Below, in pieces: positions 7,622 through 17,494 of a stretch of DNA of 64,000 nt. Under the pieces are notes generated by a model. The model searched no databases. It was not told where the DNA came from and saw nothing but the letters and a program-made list of their open reading frames with translations. Source of the DNA: an uncultured Actinomycetes bacterium (GTDB lineage: Bacteria > Actinomycetota > Thermoleophilia > UBA2241); the NCBI GenBank assembly GCA_963767005.1, contig CAVYCN010000004.1:256001-320000 (forward strand), given 5' to 3'. Every line of letters starts with the position of its first letter. Position 1 is the stretch's first letter. The position numbers and the translations under genes are program-made.

Positions 7622-10315
7622 CTAGGGTACGACGAAACGCGCCTGGCTGCCCGCGCGCGTCGTTGTGACTTCGAGTCGCGCCTCGATCTGGTCGCGCAGG
7701 TCGGCGACGTGGGAGATGATGCCGACGAGACGTCCGCCCGTCTGCAGGCCGATGAGCGTGTCGAGGGCCGCGGCGAGGTTCTCGGGGTCGAGCGAGCCGA
7801 AGCCCTCGTCGACGAACACCGTGTCGAGCTTGATGCCGCCTTCGTGGCGCTGCACGACCTCGGCGAGGCCGAGGGCGAGCGCGAGCGAGGCCTGGAACGT
7901 CTCGCCGCCCGAGAGGGTCGACACCGGACGCTGGGCGCCGCTGTAGGCATCGACCACCTCGAGGTCGAGGCCAAGGGCCCGCCGCCGGTCGCCGTTCACG
8001 CGGCGCCGCAGCGTGAAGCGCCGGTCGGTCATGGCCGCCAGGCGGGCCGAAGCGACGACGAGGATGTCGTCGAGGTAGGCCGCCAGCATGTACCGCTGGA
8101 ACGACAGGCGCAGCTCGTTGTCGCCGCCGGCGACCTCGGCGAGGCGGCCCACGACGGCGTAGTCGTCGGCGTGCGCGCCGAGCTCGGCCTGCAGGCGGAT
8201 GAGGTCGTCGGCGGCGCGGGCCAGGGCGTCGCGCGCCGCGAGCAGCCCGGCCCGCCGGTCGCGCGCGGCGTCGGCCGCCGCCGCCGCGCGCTCGTGGCGC
8301 GCGGCGAGGTCGTCGAGGTCGGGACGCTCGAGGCCGTCTGCCGCCGCGGCGGCGCGCCGCAGGCGCGCCGCCGCGGCCTTGCCGTCGCTGTCGTACGCCG
8401 AGATCTCGTCGGCGAGGGCGGCCGTCTGGTGCGGCTCGCGGCGCGCCGCGAAGTAGGCGTCCTGGTCGGCGAAGCCGGCGGCGGCGATGCGCGCGAGACG
8501 GTCGGTTTCGAGGTCGTCGAGCGTCTTCTGCAAGGCAGCGTAGCCGCTCTGCTTTTCGGTGAGCGTGGCCGAGGCGGTGATGAGCGCCTCGGCCGTCGTG
8601 CGATCGGCGGTCGCCGCCGCGTCGGCCGCCGCGGCGAGGGCGGTGAGCTCGGTGCGGGCGGCGGCCAGGCGGCGGTCGAGCTCGGTCGGGTCGCGCAGGT
8701 CGGCGGGCACGTCGCGACCGCGCTCGGCGAGCACCGCGACCTTGGCGGCGTGGTCGGTGCGGGCGTCGTCGAGCGCCCGCTCGGCGGCGCTCGTCGCGAC
8801 GTCGGCCGCGGCGCGTGCGGCGTCGCAGTCGCGGCGGAGCTCGGCCACCGTAGCGCGCCCCGCCACGACGTCGCCCTCGCCGGGGATCTCGCCCTCGGCG
8901 CTCGCCGGTGCGGGGTGGTCGGTGGAGCCGCAGACCGGACACGGCGCGCCGGGGCGCAGCGCGCCGGCCAGCAGGGCGGCCTGCCCCCGCGACCAGGCGC
9001 TCTCGAGGACGTCGAGGTCTGCCGCCGCCTGGTCGGCGGCCCGCGCGGCCGCCGCCACGCGCCCGCGGCCGTCTGCCGCCGCCTGCTCGGCGGCGGCCGT
9101 GCGCGCCACCAGGGCCTCGGCGCCGGCGTCGGCTTGCGCCTGAGCGGCGGCGAGGCCGGTCGCCCGCTCAGCCACGGCCGTGAGCTCGCGGATGCGCTCG
9201 GCCAGCTCGCCGCGCAGCGGCTCGTGCGCGGTCGCGGCCTCGAGGGCGGCGGCCGCCCGCTCGCGGGCCACCGCGGCGGCCGCGAGGGTGTTCTCGGCGG
9301 CCTCGAGCTCGAGCAGGCGCGGCGTGAGGTCGTTGCGGCGGTCGTGGACGAGGCGGTCGAGGGGTCGCAACGGTTCGGCCAGGCGGGCGAGGTCGAGCTC
9401 GGCCCGCAGCTTCTGGACGTGGTCGGCCCGCGCGGCGTGGCCCGCGACTTCGGCACGGGCCGCGCCGCGCTCGTCGAGGCAGGCCACGACGGACCGCGCC
9501 TGCGTGAGCTCGGCGAGCGCGGCCTGCCCGGCGGCGGCGGCCAGGGTAGCCGCCTCGTCGGCTTCGGCGACCTGCTCGGCGAGCCGTGCCAGGCGCTCGC
9601 CGAGGTCGTCGACCGACGCGACGTCGGCCGTACGCAGCAGCGCGTCGACCTGCGCCCGGGTGTCCTGGGTGGCGCGCTCGATCGCCTGGGCCTCGGCTTT
9701 GAGAGCCTCTTGCACGCGCAGGTACCGTTCGGTGCGAAAGAGGCTCTGGAGGATGTCCTCGCGGTCTCTGCCGCTCGACTGGAGCAGCTCCTGGAACCTG
9801 CCCTGTGGCAGCATGACCACCTGGCGGAACTGCTCGCTGCGAAAGCCGAGGAGCTCGACCACGCGGGCGCTGACGTCGGAGGGCTTGGTCGCGAGCGGCC
9901 TGCCTTCGGCGTCGTGGTCGTTCGGCGGCGTGTCGGAGCGGTCCCACAGCGCGGCCGTCGGGTTCTCGACAGTGACGCCGTCGCCGCGGCGCTTGGGCCG
10001 CTCCTGCAGCGGGCTGCGCCGCACCCGGTAGCGCCGGTCGCCGACCGCGAAGTCGAAGTCGACTTGGGTGCGCAGCTCGGGGGTGGCGTGGTCGGAGCGC
10101 ATGTCGCGGCCCTGGCGGGCGCTGGGGTCGGTGGCGGCGCCGCTCGTGGTGTCGCCGTAGAGGGCGAAGACCATGGCGTCGAGGATGGTCGTCTTGCCGG
10201 CGCCGGTCGGGCCGTGGATGAGGAAGAAGCCGTGGCGGCCCAGGGTCGCGAAGTCGAGGACCTGACGGCCGGCGTAGGGCCCGAAGGCCTGCATGACGAG
10301 GAGCTCGGGCTTCAC
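7622..10315 (-). CDS. sbcC: SbcC SMC-family ATPase
   Basis: Walker A GPTGAGKT, LPQGRF Q-loop, CPVCG zinc hook, LSGGE, FVDEGFGSLD. Confidence 0.95.
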   Translation of the reverse strand: MKPELLVMQAFGPYAGRQVLDFATLGRHGFFLIHGPTGAGKTTILDAMVFALYGDTTSGAATDPSARQGRDMRSDHATPELRTQVDFDFAVGDRRYRVRRSPLQERPKRRGDGVTVENPTAALWDRSDTPPNDHDAEGRPLATKPSDVSARVVELLGFRSEQFRQVVMLPQGRFQELLQSSGRDREDILQSLFRTERYLRVQEALKAEAQAIERATQDTRAQVDALLRTADVASVDDLGERLARLAEQVAEADEAATLAAAAGQAALAELTQARSVVACLDERGAARAEVAGHAARADHVQKLRAELDLARLAEPLRPLDRLVHDRRNDLTPRLLELEAAENTLAAAAVARERAAAALEAATAHEPLRGELAERIRELTAVAERATGLAAAQAQADAGAEALVARTAAAEQAAADGRGRVAAAARAADQAAADLDVLESAWSRGQAALLAGALRPGAPCPVCGSTDHPAPASAEGEIPGEGDVVAGRATVAELRRDCDAARAAADVATSAAERALDDARTDHAAKVAVLAERGRDVPADLRDPTELDRRLAAARTELTALAAAADAAATADRTTAEALITASATLTEKQSGYAALQKTLDDLETDRLARIAAAGFADQDAYFAARREPHQTAALADEISAYDSDGKAAAARLRRAAAAADGLERPDLDDLAARHERAAAAADAARDRRAGLLAARDALARAADDLIRLQAELGAHADDYAVVGRLAEVAGGDNELRLSFQRYMLAAYLDDILVVASARLAAMTDRRFTLRRRVNGDRRRALGLDLEVVDAYSGAQRPVSTLSGGETFQASLALALGLAEVVQRHEGGIKLDTVFVDEGFGSLDPENLAAALDTLIGLQTGGRLVGIISHVADLRDQIEARLEVTTTRAGSQARFVVP

Positions 10316-10321
10316 GACCCG

Positions 10322-11569
10322 TCAGGCCTCGCGGTCGTCGCGCCGCAGGGCGGCGACGACCGCGTTCAGCCGGGCGCGCTGCGCGCTCGAGAGCGGCTCG
10401 TCGGTGACGAGCTCGAAGAAGTCGGCGAAGTGCTCGGCCTCGGTCTTGGCCGCGGGGTCGGCGCGGGCGCCCTCGCGCTCGCCCGACGGCAGCTCGCGGA
10501 CGAACTCGAGGTGCAGGCAGTTGGGGTAGGCCTGCTGGAGCCGTGCCATGGCGTTGAGGACCGCCCCGGGGTCTGTGAGGCGCGCGCAGACGTAGTCGTC
10601 GCGCGCCGCGTCGGCGGGCGCCTGCTCCAGGAGCTCGCCGAGGGTGCCCTGTAGCACACGCACGCGGCGGCGCGGGCGCAGCTCGACCTGCTCGACGGTG
10701 AGGCGCGCCAGGGCGGGCGGCGCGGCCACGGCCGCGCCGCCGCCCGTCGCGCCGGCCGCGGCGACGGCGTCGCGCACGCCCGCCGCGGCGGCGGGGGCGC
10801 TGCCGGGCGCGCCGATCTCGACGATGCTCACCGACTTGGTCTGCGCGGCCTCGTCGAACGAATAGGTGAGGAGCGAGCCGGCGTAGCGCACCGTGCCGCC
10901 GCCGGCCGTCTGAGGGCGGTGCAGGTGGCCGAGGGCGACGTAGTCGAAGCCGTCGAACAGCGCGGCCGGCACCGTGCCGGCGCCGCCCACGGTGAGGGGC
11001 CGCTCGGAGTCGCTCGTGTCGGCGCCGGCGACGAACGCGTGAGCCACAAGGACGCCGCGGCCGTCGTGCGACGCCGCCTCGCGGGCGCGCGCCAGGAGCG
11101 CGGCCATGGCCTGCTCGTGGGTCTGCACGTCGGGGTCGTGGAGCGCCGCGCGGACCTCGACGGGGTCGGCGTACGGGATCGCCTGCACGAGCACCAGGCC
11201 GTCGTCGTCGACGAGCGGCACCGACAGCGCGCCGGCCGCCGGCACGCCGCCGGCAACGTGCAGGCCCTCGGCCGCCAGCAGCTCGGCGCCGAAGCCGAGG
11301 CGGGTGGGGCTGTCGTGGTTGCCGGCGATCATGACGATGGGCACGCCGAGGCCGCGCACGATACGCTGCAGGACGTCGTTCAGAAGCTCGACGGCATCGG
11401 TGGGCGGGACGCCGCGGTCGTAGACGTCGCCGGCGATCAGCACGGCGGCCGGCCGGACGTCGGCGACGAGGTCGACGAACTGATCGAGGACGTAGCTCTG
11501 GTCGTCGGTGAGATGGACGGCGTGGAAGAGCCGTCCGAGATGCCAATCGGCAGTGTGGATGAACCTCAT
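10322..11569 (-). CDS. sbcD: SbcD nuclease subunit
   Basis: HTADWHLG, IAGDVYD, AGNHDS, YVALGHLH. Confidence 0.95.
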   Translation of the reverse strand: MRFIHTADWHLGRLFHAVHLTDDQSYVLDQFVDLVADVRPAAVLIAGDVYDRGVPPTDAVELLNDVLQRIVRGLGVPIVMIAGNHDSPTRLGFGAELLAAEGLHVAGGVPAAGALSVPLVDDDGLVLVQAIPYADPVEVRAALHDPDVQTHEQAMAALLARAREAASHDGRGVLVAHAFVAGADTSDSERPLTVGGAGTVPAALFDGFDYVALGHLHRPQTAGGGTVRYAGSLLTYSFDEAAQTKSVSIVEIGAPGSAPAAAAGVRDAVAAAGATGGGAAVAAPPALARLTVEQVELRPRRRVRVLQGTLGELLEQAPADAARDDYVCARLTDPGAVLNAMARLQQAYPNCLHLEFVRELPSGEREGARADPAAKTEAEHFADFFELVTDEPLSSAQRARLNAVVAALRRDDREA

Positions 11570-11620
11570 GCGTGCGCCCTCACCGGCGACCCTAGCACAG
11601 GGAGGGGACGGACCGCATGC

Positions 11621-11664
11621 GCCCGCGGGCCGGCCCCGCCGCGCGGCGGGGCCGGCCCGCGGGC
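11621..11664. repeat. Perfect 44-bp all-GC palindrome (possible terminator)
   Basis: gcccgcgggccggccccgccgc|gcggcggggccggcccgcgggc. Confidence 0.8.
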
Positions 11665-11687
11665 AACGACTTCGCGAGGCGCAACGG

Positions 11688-12014
11688 CTAAGCGACGACC
11701 TCGCCTTCGTCGCCTTCGTCGCCGGCCGGCGGCTTGGTGGTGAACTGCGCCATGAGGCGCGCGACCTCGTCGTCGAGCGCGTTCAGCTCGTCCTGCGCGA
11801 GCCGCGCGCGGCGCACCGGCTCCTCGAGCTCAGGATGGGTCACGGCGCCCTGCTCGGCGAGGTAGAGCGTGACCTGGGCGAGCTGCGTCTCGGCGGCGTT
11901 CAGCTCGCGCTTGAGGCCGCGGCGCTTGAGTTGCGCCTGCGCGACCTTGCGCGCGAGCTGGGCGTTGTAGGTGACCGCGCTGGCCGCGTTGCTCGCGGCG
12001 TCCTTGGCTGTCAT
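11688..12014 (-). CDS. Hypothetical coiled-coil protein
   Basis: GGAGG RBS; coding-like codon bias. Confidence 0.65.
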   Translation of the reverse strand: MTAKDAASNAASAVTYNAQLARKVAQAQLKRRGLKRELNAAETQLAQVTLYLAEQGAVTHPELEEPVRRARLAQDELNALDDEVARLMAQFTTKPPAGDEGDEGEVVA

Positions 12015-12105
12015 GACGACCTCCCTCGTGCGCCTGCCTGGGGCGTGCCTGCGAGCGGCATGGTATCACCGCGGCAACGGAGGCGCGGCCGGCGCCGGAG
12101 CGGCG

Positions 12106-12831
12106 TCAGAGCGCCCCGCCGCGCGCCTTCTTGAGGCGTCGCAGGAACGGCCTGGTGAGGAAACTGTCGTCGCCGAACTGGCAGAGCTGCTCGAACAGCG
12201 GTCTGGTGGCCGTGAAGGCCATGAGGTCGGCCGGCAGCCAGTGCCGCATGGCGAGATCGGTCGAGCCGATCTGCGACTGCGGCACGTCGAGGTCATAGAA
12301 CGGGGCGAGCTGGCCGCAGCCCGACGAGAAGGCGGCGATCGTCGCGGGCGGGTCGCCGGGCGCGTTGCGGTACTGCGCCGCGAGCGTGAGCGCGGCGAGC
12401 TGGTCGGGCTTGACCCAGAGCGTCACGGTCTTCAGGTGCGCGTACTGGTCCGCCTTGAGCGGGCCGACCATCACGTGACCGTTGACCGGCGTGAAGTTCA
12501 CGCGCGCGTCGAGCCAGCGGCCCATGAGCTCCTCGGACGCCTTCAGTCCCTCGTCGATCGCGAGGAAGTGGATGAAGCCGGCGCGGTCCTCACGCTGCAC
12601 GCCGCACAGAGAGCCGCCCGCCCCGGGGCAGCCGAAGTTCTCGGCCGTGAGGTGGGCCGTCTTGCCGGCCTGCCAGTCGCGGAAGTGCGAGAACAGGCAC
12701 TCGCCGTGCGCGGCGCCCGGGCGCGGCGCTACGAGGGGCGCGAAGGCCTCGGGGTCGGGGGCGTCGTAGAGGCCGATGGGGGGCAAGGACACGTTGAGCG
12801 CGGCGAGCAGGTACGAGGGGTCGGGTTGCAC
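12106..12831 (-). CDS. DUF169 family protein
   Basis: ENFGCPGAG, EGLKAS, FSSGCG, IGSTDLAMR. Confidence 0.75.
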   Translation of the reverse strand: MQPDPSYLLAALNVSLPPIGLYDAPDPEAFAPLVAPRPGAAHGECLFSHFRDWQAGKTAHLTAENFGCPGAGGSLCGVQREDRAGFIHFLAIDEGLKASEELMGRWLDARVNFTPVNGHVMVGPLKADQYAHLKTVTLWVKPDQLAALTLAAQYRNAPGDPPATIAAFSSGCGQLAPFYDLDVPQSQIGSTDLAMRHWLPADLMAFTATRPLFEQLCQFGDDSFLTRPFLRRLKKARGGAL

Positions 12832-12982
12832 GGTGCCTCCTTGTGCCGGTGATCGGCTACGTCATCATCGCTCAGGCAGGCGTGACTCCGTTGCGCGCCT
12901 GGTGCCCGCGGTGCTTGATCGTTTCCCACCGTAGCACGCCCGGCGGCGGCCGGCATCTCGGCCCACGCGCCGGGCCCCGCCG

Positions 12983-13777
12983 CTATCGTCCGATGAGGTG
13001 CGGGACGACCGTGCCGAGCAGAAAGCCGCCGGCCGCCGACGCCAGGCCGACGGCGACGACCTCGAGGGCGCTGCGCACGATGCCCATGCGCGCCAGACGC
13101 CCCTTGACCGCGCCGATCAGCATCAGCACGGCGACCGTCAGGGCCACGGACAGGGCGAACGCCGAGCGCACCGGCAGGAACAGGTACGGGGCGAGCGGCA
13201 CGATCGACGCGGCCAGGTACGACACGCCCATGGAGAGCGAGTCGCCGAGGTGGCTCTCCTGGGGCTCGGCCGACAGGCCGAGCTCCTTTTCGACCATGGT
13301 GTTCGTCCACGACCGCCTGCTGGTCACGACCTTCTCGGCCACGACGCGGGCGTCCTCGGGCGACAGGCCCTCGCGCTCGAAGAGCAGCTCGATCTCGTAC
13401 TGCTCGATATCGGGGATGACGGCGATCTCCTCTTCTTCATCCCTGATCGCGGCGCGCTGCACCTGCGACTCGGACTTGCCCGACAGGTACTCGCCGGCGC
13501 CCATCGAGAGGGCGCCGGCGAAGGCCTCGGCGACGCCGGCCACGACGACGATGTGGCTGTTCGAGGTGCCGCCGGCCACGCCCGACACGACGCCGAGCGG
13601 CACGAGCAGGCCGTCCAGGCTGCCGAACATGAACTGGCGGATGCGGCCGCGCGCGGCGATACGCTCCCGCTCGGCGAACAGCTTGCTCGTGTCGAAGCTG
13701 CGGCGCTTCTCCTCGAGCTCGTCGAGCCGCGTCTGGGGCAGCTCCCCGGAGGGTCGGCTGTCGTCGGTCCCGGCCAT
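12983..13777 (-). CDS. VIT1/CCC1 iron/manganese transporter
   Basis: FGSLDGL, AGALSMGAGEYLS, MVEKELG. Confidence 0.92.
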   Translation of the reverse strand: MAGTDDSRPSGELPQTRLDELEEKRRSFDTSKLFAERERIAARGRIRQFMFGSLDGLLVPLGVVSGVAGGTSNSHIVVVAGVAEAFAGALSMGAGEYLSGKSESQVQRAAIRDEEEEIAVIPDIEQYEIELLFEREGLSPEDARVVAEKVVTSRRSWTNTMVEKELGLSAEPQESHLGDSLSMGVSYLAASIVPLAPYLFLPVRSAFALSVALTVAVLMLIGAVKGRLARMGIVRSALEVVAVGLASAAGGFLLGTVVPHLIGR

Positions 13778-13848
13778 GCCTTCATGCTATCGGAAGCGGG
13801 CTTTCGGGTGGCTGGCTTCCGCCGCCCGTCGCCCGCGTCCTTACGCCT

Positions 13849-14289
13849 TCAGGCCGCTTTTCGTGCCCGCTTGCGCACCGGTACGACCACCACCGGCCGG
13901 GTGGTCATGTGAACGAGCCGGTAGGCGGTCGAGCCCAGCAGGATGCCGCTGATCTGGGACTCGCCATGCGTGCCCACCACGATCAGTTCGGCGCGACGCT
14001 CGACGGCCACCTTCAGCAGCCCGGCGGCGGCGCTGTCGTTGACCAGCACCGGCTCGACCGCCACCGCCGAGCCCGCGACGCGTGCGACGGCCTCGCGCAG
14101 CAGCGTGTCACCCTGCTCCTTGAGCTTGCTACGGGGGGTCAGGGGAGCCCCGGAGTAGGTGCGGGGACCGCCGTAGGCGTTGGCGACCACCACCTTGGCA
14201 GAGAGCCGCCCGGCCAGGTCGACGGCTTCGTCGAGTGCCGCTTGCGCCCCCGGCGAGCCGTCGTAACCGACCACTATCGTGAAGGCCAC
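13849..14289 (-). CDS. Universal stress protein
   Basis: IVVGYDGS, LIVVGTHG...LLGSTA; GGAGG RBS before the GTG. Confidence 0.9.
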   Translation of the reverse strand: MAFTIVVGYDGSPGAQAALDEAVDLAGRLSAKVVVANAYGGPRTYSGAPLTPRSKLKEQGDTLLREAVARVAGSAVAVEPVLVNDSAAAGLLKVAVERRAELIVVGTHGESQISGILLGSTAYRLVHMTTRPVVVVPVRKRARKAA

Positions 14290-14485
14290 GTCATCCTCCC
14301 AATCGTCGCCAGCCACTATGCCTTGAGTGGTTCCCGCCGGCGCCGGACGCCGAACGGTATCCGCCGTGAGCGGCGGCCTTCCGGCGGGCGCGCGCCGTTT
14401 CGCCGAGCCGGCCGCTGGCAAGAACTTCGTACGGATGCCGGCGTTGTCGATGGCGCGCCGCCGGTCGATGCCCAGGGGAGGCCAC

Positions 14486-15673
14486 TTGGCTCGTATCAAG
14501 ATCTACACCAAGGAATGGTGCCCGTACTGCCTGAAGGCAAAGGCGCTGTTGCGCGCCAAGGACGTCGCCTACGACGAGATCGACGTGACGAGCGACGAGG
14601 CGCGCCAGGCGGAGATGGTCGAACGCTCGGGCATGCGCAGCGTGCCGCAGATCTTTCTCGATGGCGAGAAGGTCGGCGGCTACGACGACCTCGCCCGTCT
14701 GAACGCCACCGGTGAGCTCGACCGCCGCCTCGGGCGCGGCGAGGCGGCGCCGCTGCGCGACGTCTACGACGTCGCCGTCCTCGGCGCCGGGCCCGCCGGC
14801 CTCACGGCGGCCATGTACGCGGCCCGCAAGAACCTGTCGACCATCGTGGTGGCGAACGATCTCGGCGGCCAGGTGGGGCTGACCGCCGACATCGCCAACT
14901 ACCCGGGCTTCGACCACGTGACTGGGCCCGACCTCGTCGACCGCTACTACGAGCAGGCGGCCAGGTACGGCATCACCGAGCTGATCGGCGAGCGGGCGGT
15001 CGGCCTCAGCGTCGACGGTCGGTGCAAGGTGATCGACCTCGAGAGCGGGCGCAGCGTGCGGGCCGCGACCCTGATCATCGCGACAGGGGTGCAGAAGCGC
15101 CGGCTCGACGTGCCGGGCGAGAAGCGTCTGACCGGCAAGGGCGTGGTCTACTGCTCGACCTGCGACGGCCCGCTCTTCAAGGGTGCGACGATCGCGGTGG
15201 TCGGCGCCGGCAACTCCGGCCTCGAGGCGGCCATCGAGATGGATGGCGTGGCGGCCAAGGTTTACCTGGTGACCGTCGGCGAGTGGACCGGCGACGCCAT
15301 ACTGAAGGACAAGGCGTCGGCCGCGCGCACGGTCGAGTCGCTGCGCTACCACGAGGTCGTCGAGATCCACGGCGACGACAAGGTCGAGGCGATCACCGTG
15401 CGCGACGTGCGCTCCGGCGAGAGCCGGCGCATCGCGCTCGACGGCGTCTTTGTCGAGGTCGGCCTGTTCCCCAACAGCGAGTTCGCCCTCGACCTGCTGC
15501 AGACCAACGTGGCCGGCGAGATCGAGGTCGACAAGCGCGGCGCCACCGGCGTGCGCGGCGTCTTCGCCGCCGGCGACGTCACCGACAACCGCGACAAGCA
15601 GATCGTGGTGGCGGCCGGCGAGGGCGCTCGCGCCGCGCTCGCGGCCTTCGAGTACCTCGTCAAGCAGCCCTAG
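14486..15673 (+). CDS. Glutaredoxin-thioredoxin reductase (AhpF-like) fusion
   Basis: N-terminal WCPYC...SVPQIF...GGYDDL; then GAGPAG, YCSTCDG, GAGNSG, FAAGDVT. Confidence 0.88.
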   Translation: MARIKIYTKEWCPYCLKAKALLRAKDVAYDEIDVTSDEARQAEMVERSGMRSVPQIFLDGEKVGGYDDLARLNATGELDRRLGRGEAAPLRDVYDVAVLGAGPAGLTAAMYAARKNLSTIVVANDLGGQVGLTADIANYPGFDHVTGPDLVDRYYEQAARYGITELIGERAVGLSVDGRCKVIDLESGRSVRAATLIIATGVQKRRLDVPGEKRLTGKGVVYCSTCDGPLFKGATIAVVGAGNSGLEAAIEMDGVAAKVYLVTVGEWTGDAILKDKASAARTVESLRYHEVVEIHGDDKVEAITVRDVRSGESRRIALDGVFVEVGLFPNSEFALDLLQTNVAGEIEVDKRGATGVRGVFAAGDVTDNRDKQIVVAAGEGARAALAAFEYLVKQP

Positions 15674-15854
15674 ATTACGCAGACTGCATATTCGCGGCCC
15701 CCGTCTGCCCCTCCCGCCGTTACCTACAAGAGCGTAGGCTGCTGCCGACGTTACCCAGTAGACAGAATCACCGTTAGGTGGACAACCCCACGCGCTGCTG
15801 GTGCATCTGCCGCCGCCTCGGCTATCGTAGAGGGGTCGCAAGGAGGCGAGAATC

Positions 15855-16067
15855 ATGCGTTCGTTTCGCTTTGTCGTCGAGCGTGACCCGCAGACCAGTC
15901 TGCTCGTCGGCTACGTACCGGGTTGGCCCGGCGCCCACACCCAGGGTGGCGACCTCGACCAGTTGCAGGACAACCTGCGCGAGGTCATCGAGATGCTGCT
16001 CGAAGACGGCGAGCCGGCCCTGGAGTCGGAGTTCGTGGACGTGCGCACCATCCAAGTCGCCGGACTC
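15855..16067 (+). CDS. HicB-like antitoxin (reads through into hicA; no stop codon)
   Basis: VVERDPQTSLLVGYVPGWPGAHTQG...NLREVIEMLLE; AAGGAGG RBS. Confidence 0.8.
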
Positions 16068-16309
16068 GTGGCGGACCTGCCAGTCCTCAAGCCGCGGCAG
16101 GTCGTCGCCCTGCTGGAAGCGCACGGCTTTGCCGAAGCTCGCCAGCGCGGCTCTCACAAGCAGTTCCGCCACGCGATGGGCGGTCGATCACGATCCCCTT
16201 CCGTGCCGGTCGTGACATCTCGCCCACCCTTCTGCGCAAGATTGCACGCGATATCGGCTTGACCGTCGACGACTTCCTGAAACCCCAGCGCCATGACGAA
16301 ACCATGTGA
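16068..16309 (+). pseudogene. HicA-like toxin, frameshifted near 16175
   Basis: LPVLKPRQVVALLEAHGFAEARQRGSHKQFRHA in one frame; DGRSITIPFRAGRDISPTLLRKIARDIGLTVDDFL in another. Confidence 0.8.
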
Positions 16310-16399
16310 CTTCAACTTTGAAGTGCACCACTTGGCCCTTGTGCGCTCTCGCAGTTCAACGCCCGGACGTTGGGCATGTCACTAGGGAGGCGCGGACTC

Positions 16400-16786
16400 A
16401 TGGGGCGTAGACTCGTCTGCATCGCGATCGCGCTCGCGGTGGCCCTCGGGGCCTCGGCGTGTGGCCATCGCTCGACGCCGAGCTCGGGCATCATCGGGCT
16501 CGCGGCGAGCCACTTGCCCAGCACCAACCCGTCCCCTTCGCCACTTCCCGACGGCTTCGGCGACTCGGTCTGGTACGAGCCAGACGCCCGTGCCGCCGTC
16601 ACTGTCAGAAACGGAAGCGGCGACGTCATCGCGCGACTCGTGGCCGGTAAGGACGGGACCTTCCGGATCGCGTTGCCGCCGGGGTCCTACTACCTGCAGG
16701 GCGAGAAGCTGCCGAAGTTCTTCTGGACGCCGATGACGCTGAAACCCGGCGTGTGGGCGCGCGTGGACGTCACAACCGATCCTTGA
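16400..16786 (+). CDS. Predicted lipoprotein with carboxypeptidase-regulatory-like beta domain
   Basis: Lipobox-like ASAC; DGTFRIALPPGSY. Confidence 0.65.
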   Translation: MGRRLVCIAIALAVALGASACGHRSTPSSGIIGLAASHLPSTNPSPSPLPDGFGDSVWYEPDARAAVTVRNGSGDVIARLVAGKDGTFRIALPPGSYYLQGEKLPKFFWTPMTLKPGVWARVDVTTDP

Positions 16787-16954
16787 CGATGCCGACCCGA
16801 ATGCCCAACAAGCACATCACCTGATGCGCCGAACGCTCAAAATTCTCTGGAGCGACGTGACGCACAGGTCGTGTGCCGGACGTTCGGCGGAGTGAGATCC
16901 GTTGATCTGTGATCGCCCCGCCGAGATCCGCTGACGACGCGGAGAGGAGCCGAC

Positions 16955-17350
16955 ATGCCGGATGAGACCGTTCACATCAACGACGCCGACGCTCCCTGGG
17001 AGGCCTCCTACGAGGGCCCGGTCGGCCCGACAGTGATGATCGAGCGTACCTTCTTCACGGTCGAACGCACGCCGACCAGCGGTCTGAGCATGGGCAGCTT
17101 CGAGGTGCCGCCCGGGGCGCAGCTGCCGCCGCACCACCATCACCCCGCCGAGGTGTACTACGTCACCTCTGGCGAGGCCGAGGTCTACCACGATGGCGAA
17201 TGGCATCCCTTGCGCCGCGGCGACGCGCTCTTCTTCCCGCCCGACGCTGTGCACGGGGTACGCAATCTCGGCACCGAGCGCGTCGCCATTGTGTTCGTCT
17301 TCCCGACCGACTCGTACGACGCCGTCGAGTACGTCTACGTGGCGGAATGA
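16955..17350 (+). CDS. Cupin-domain protein
   Basis: PPGAQLPPHHHHPAEVYYVTSG ... GDALFFPPDAVHG; GAGGAG RBS. Confidence 0.85.
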   Translation: MPDETVHINDADAPWEASYEGPVGPTVMIERTFFTVERTPTSGLSMGSFEVPPGAQLPPHHHHPAEVYYVTSGEAEVYHDGEWHPLRRGDALFFPPDAVHGVRNLGTERVAIVFVFPTDSYDAVEYVYVAE

Positions 17351-17380
17351 GCGGCGGGACTGCCAAGCCCGCTCGCGTAG

Positions 17381-17494
17381 ACTGGCCAGTACGGCGATCG
17401 TGTGGAACTGGTACCCGTGAAGTCGGCCAGGCAGATGCGCGGCTTCTTGCGCGGCATCGCCACCGACGTGCCGCGCGAGGCCGACCGGCCGTGA
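17381..17494 (+). pseudogene. C-terminal remnant of an AbrB/VapB antitoxin
   Basis: QYGDRVELVPVKSARQMRGFLRGIATDVPREADRP* overlapping the vapC start (GTGA); in-frame TAG at 17378 and no credible start. Confidence 0.65.
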
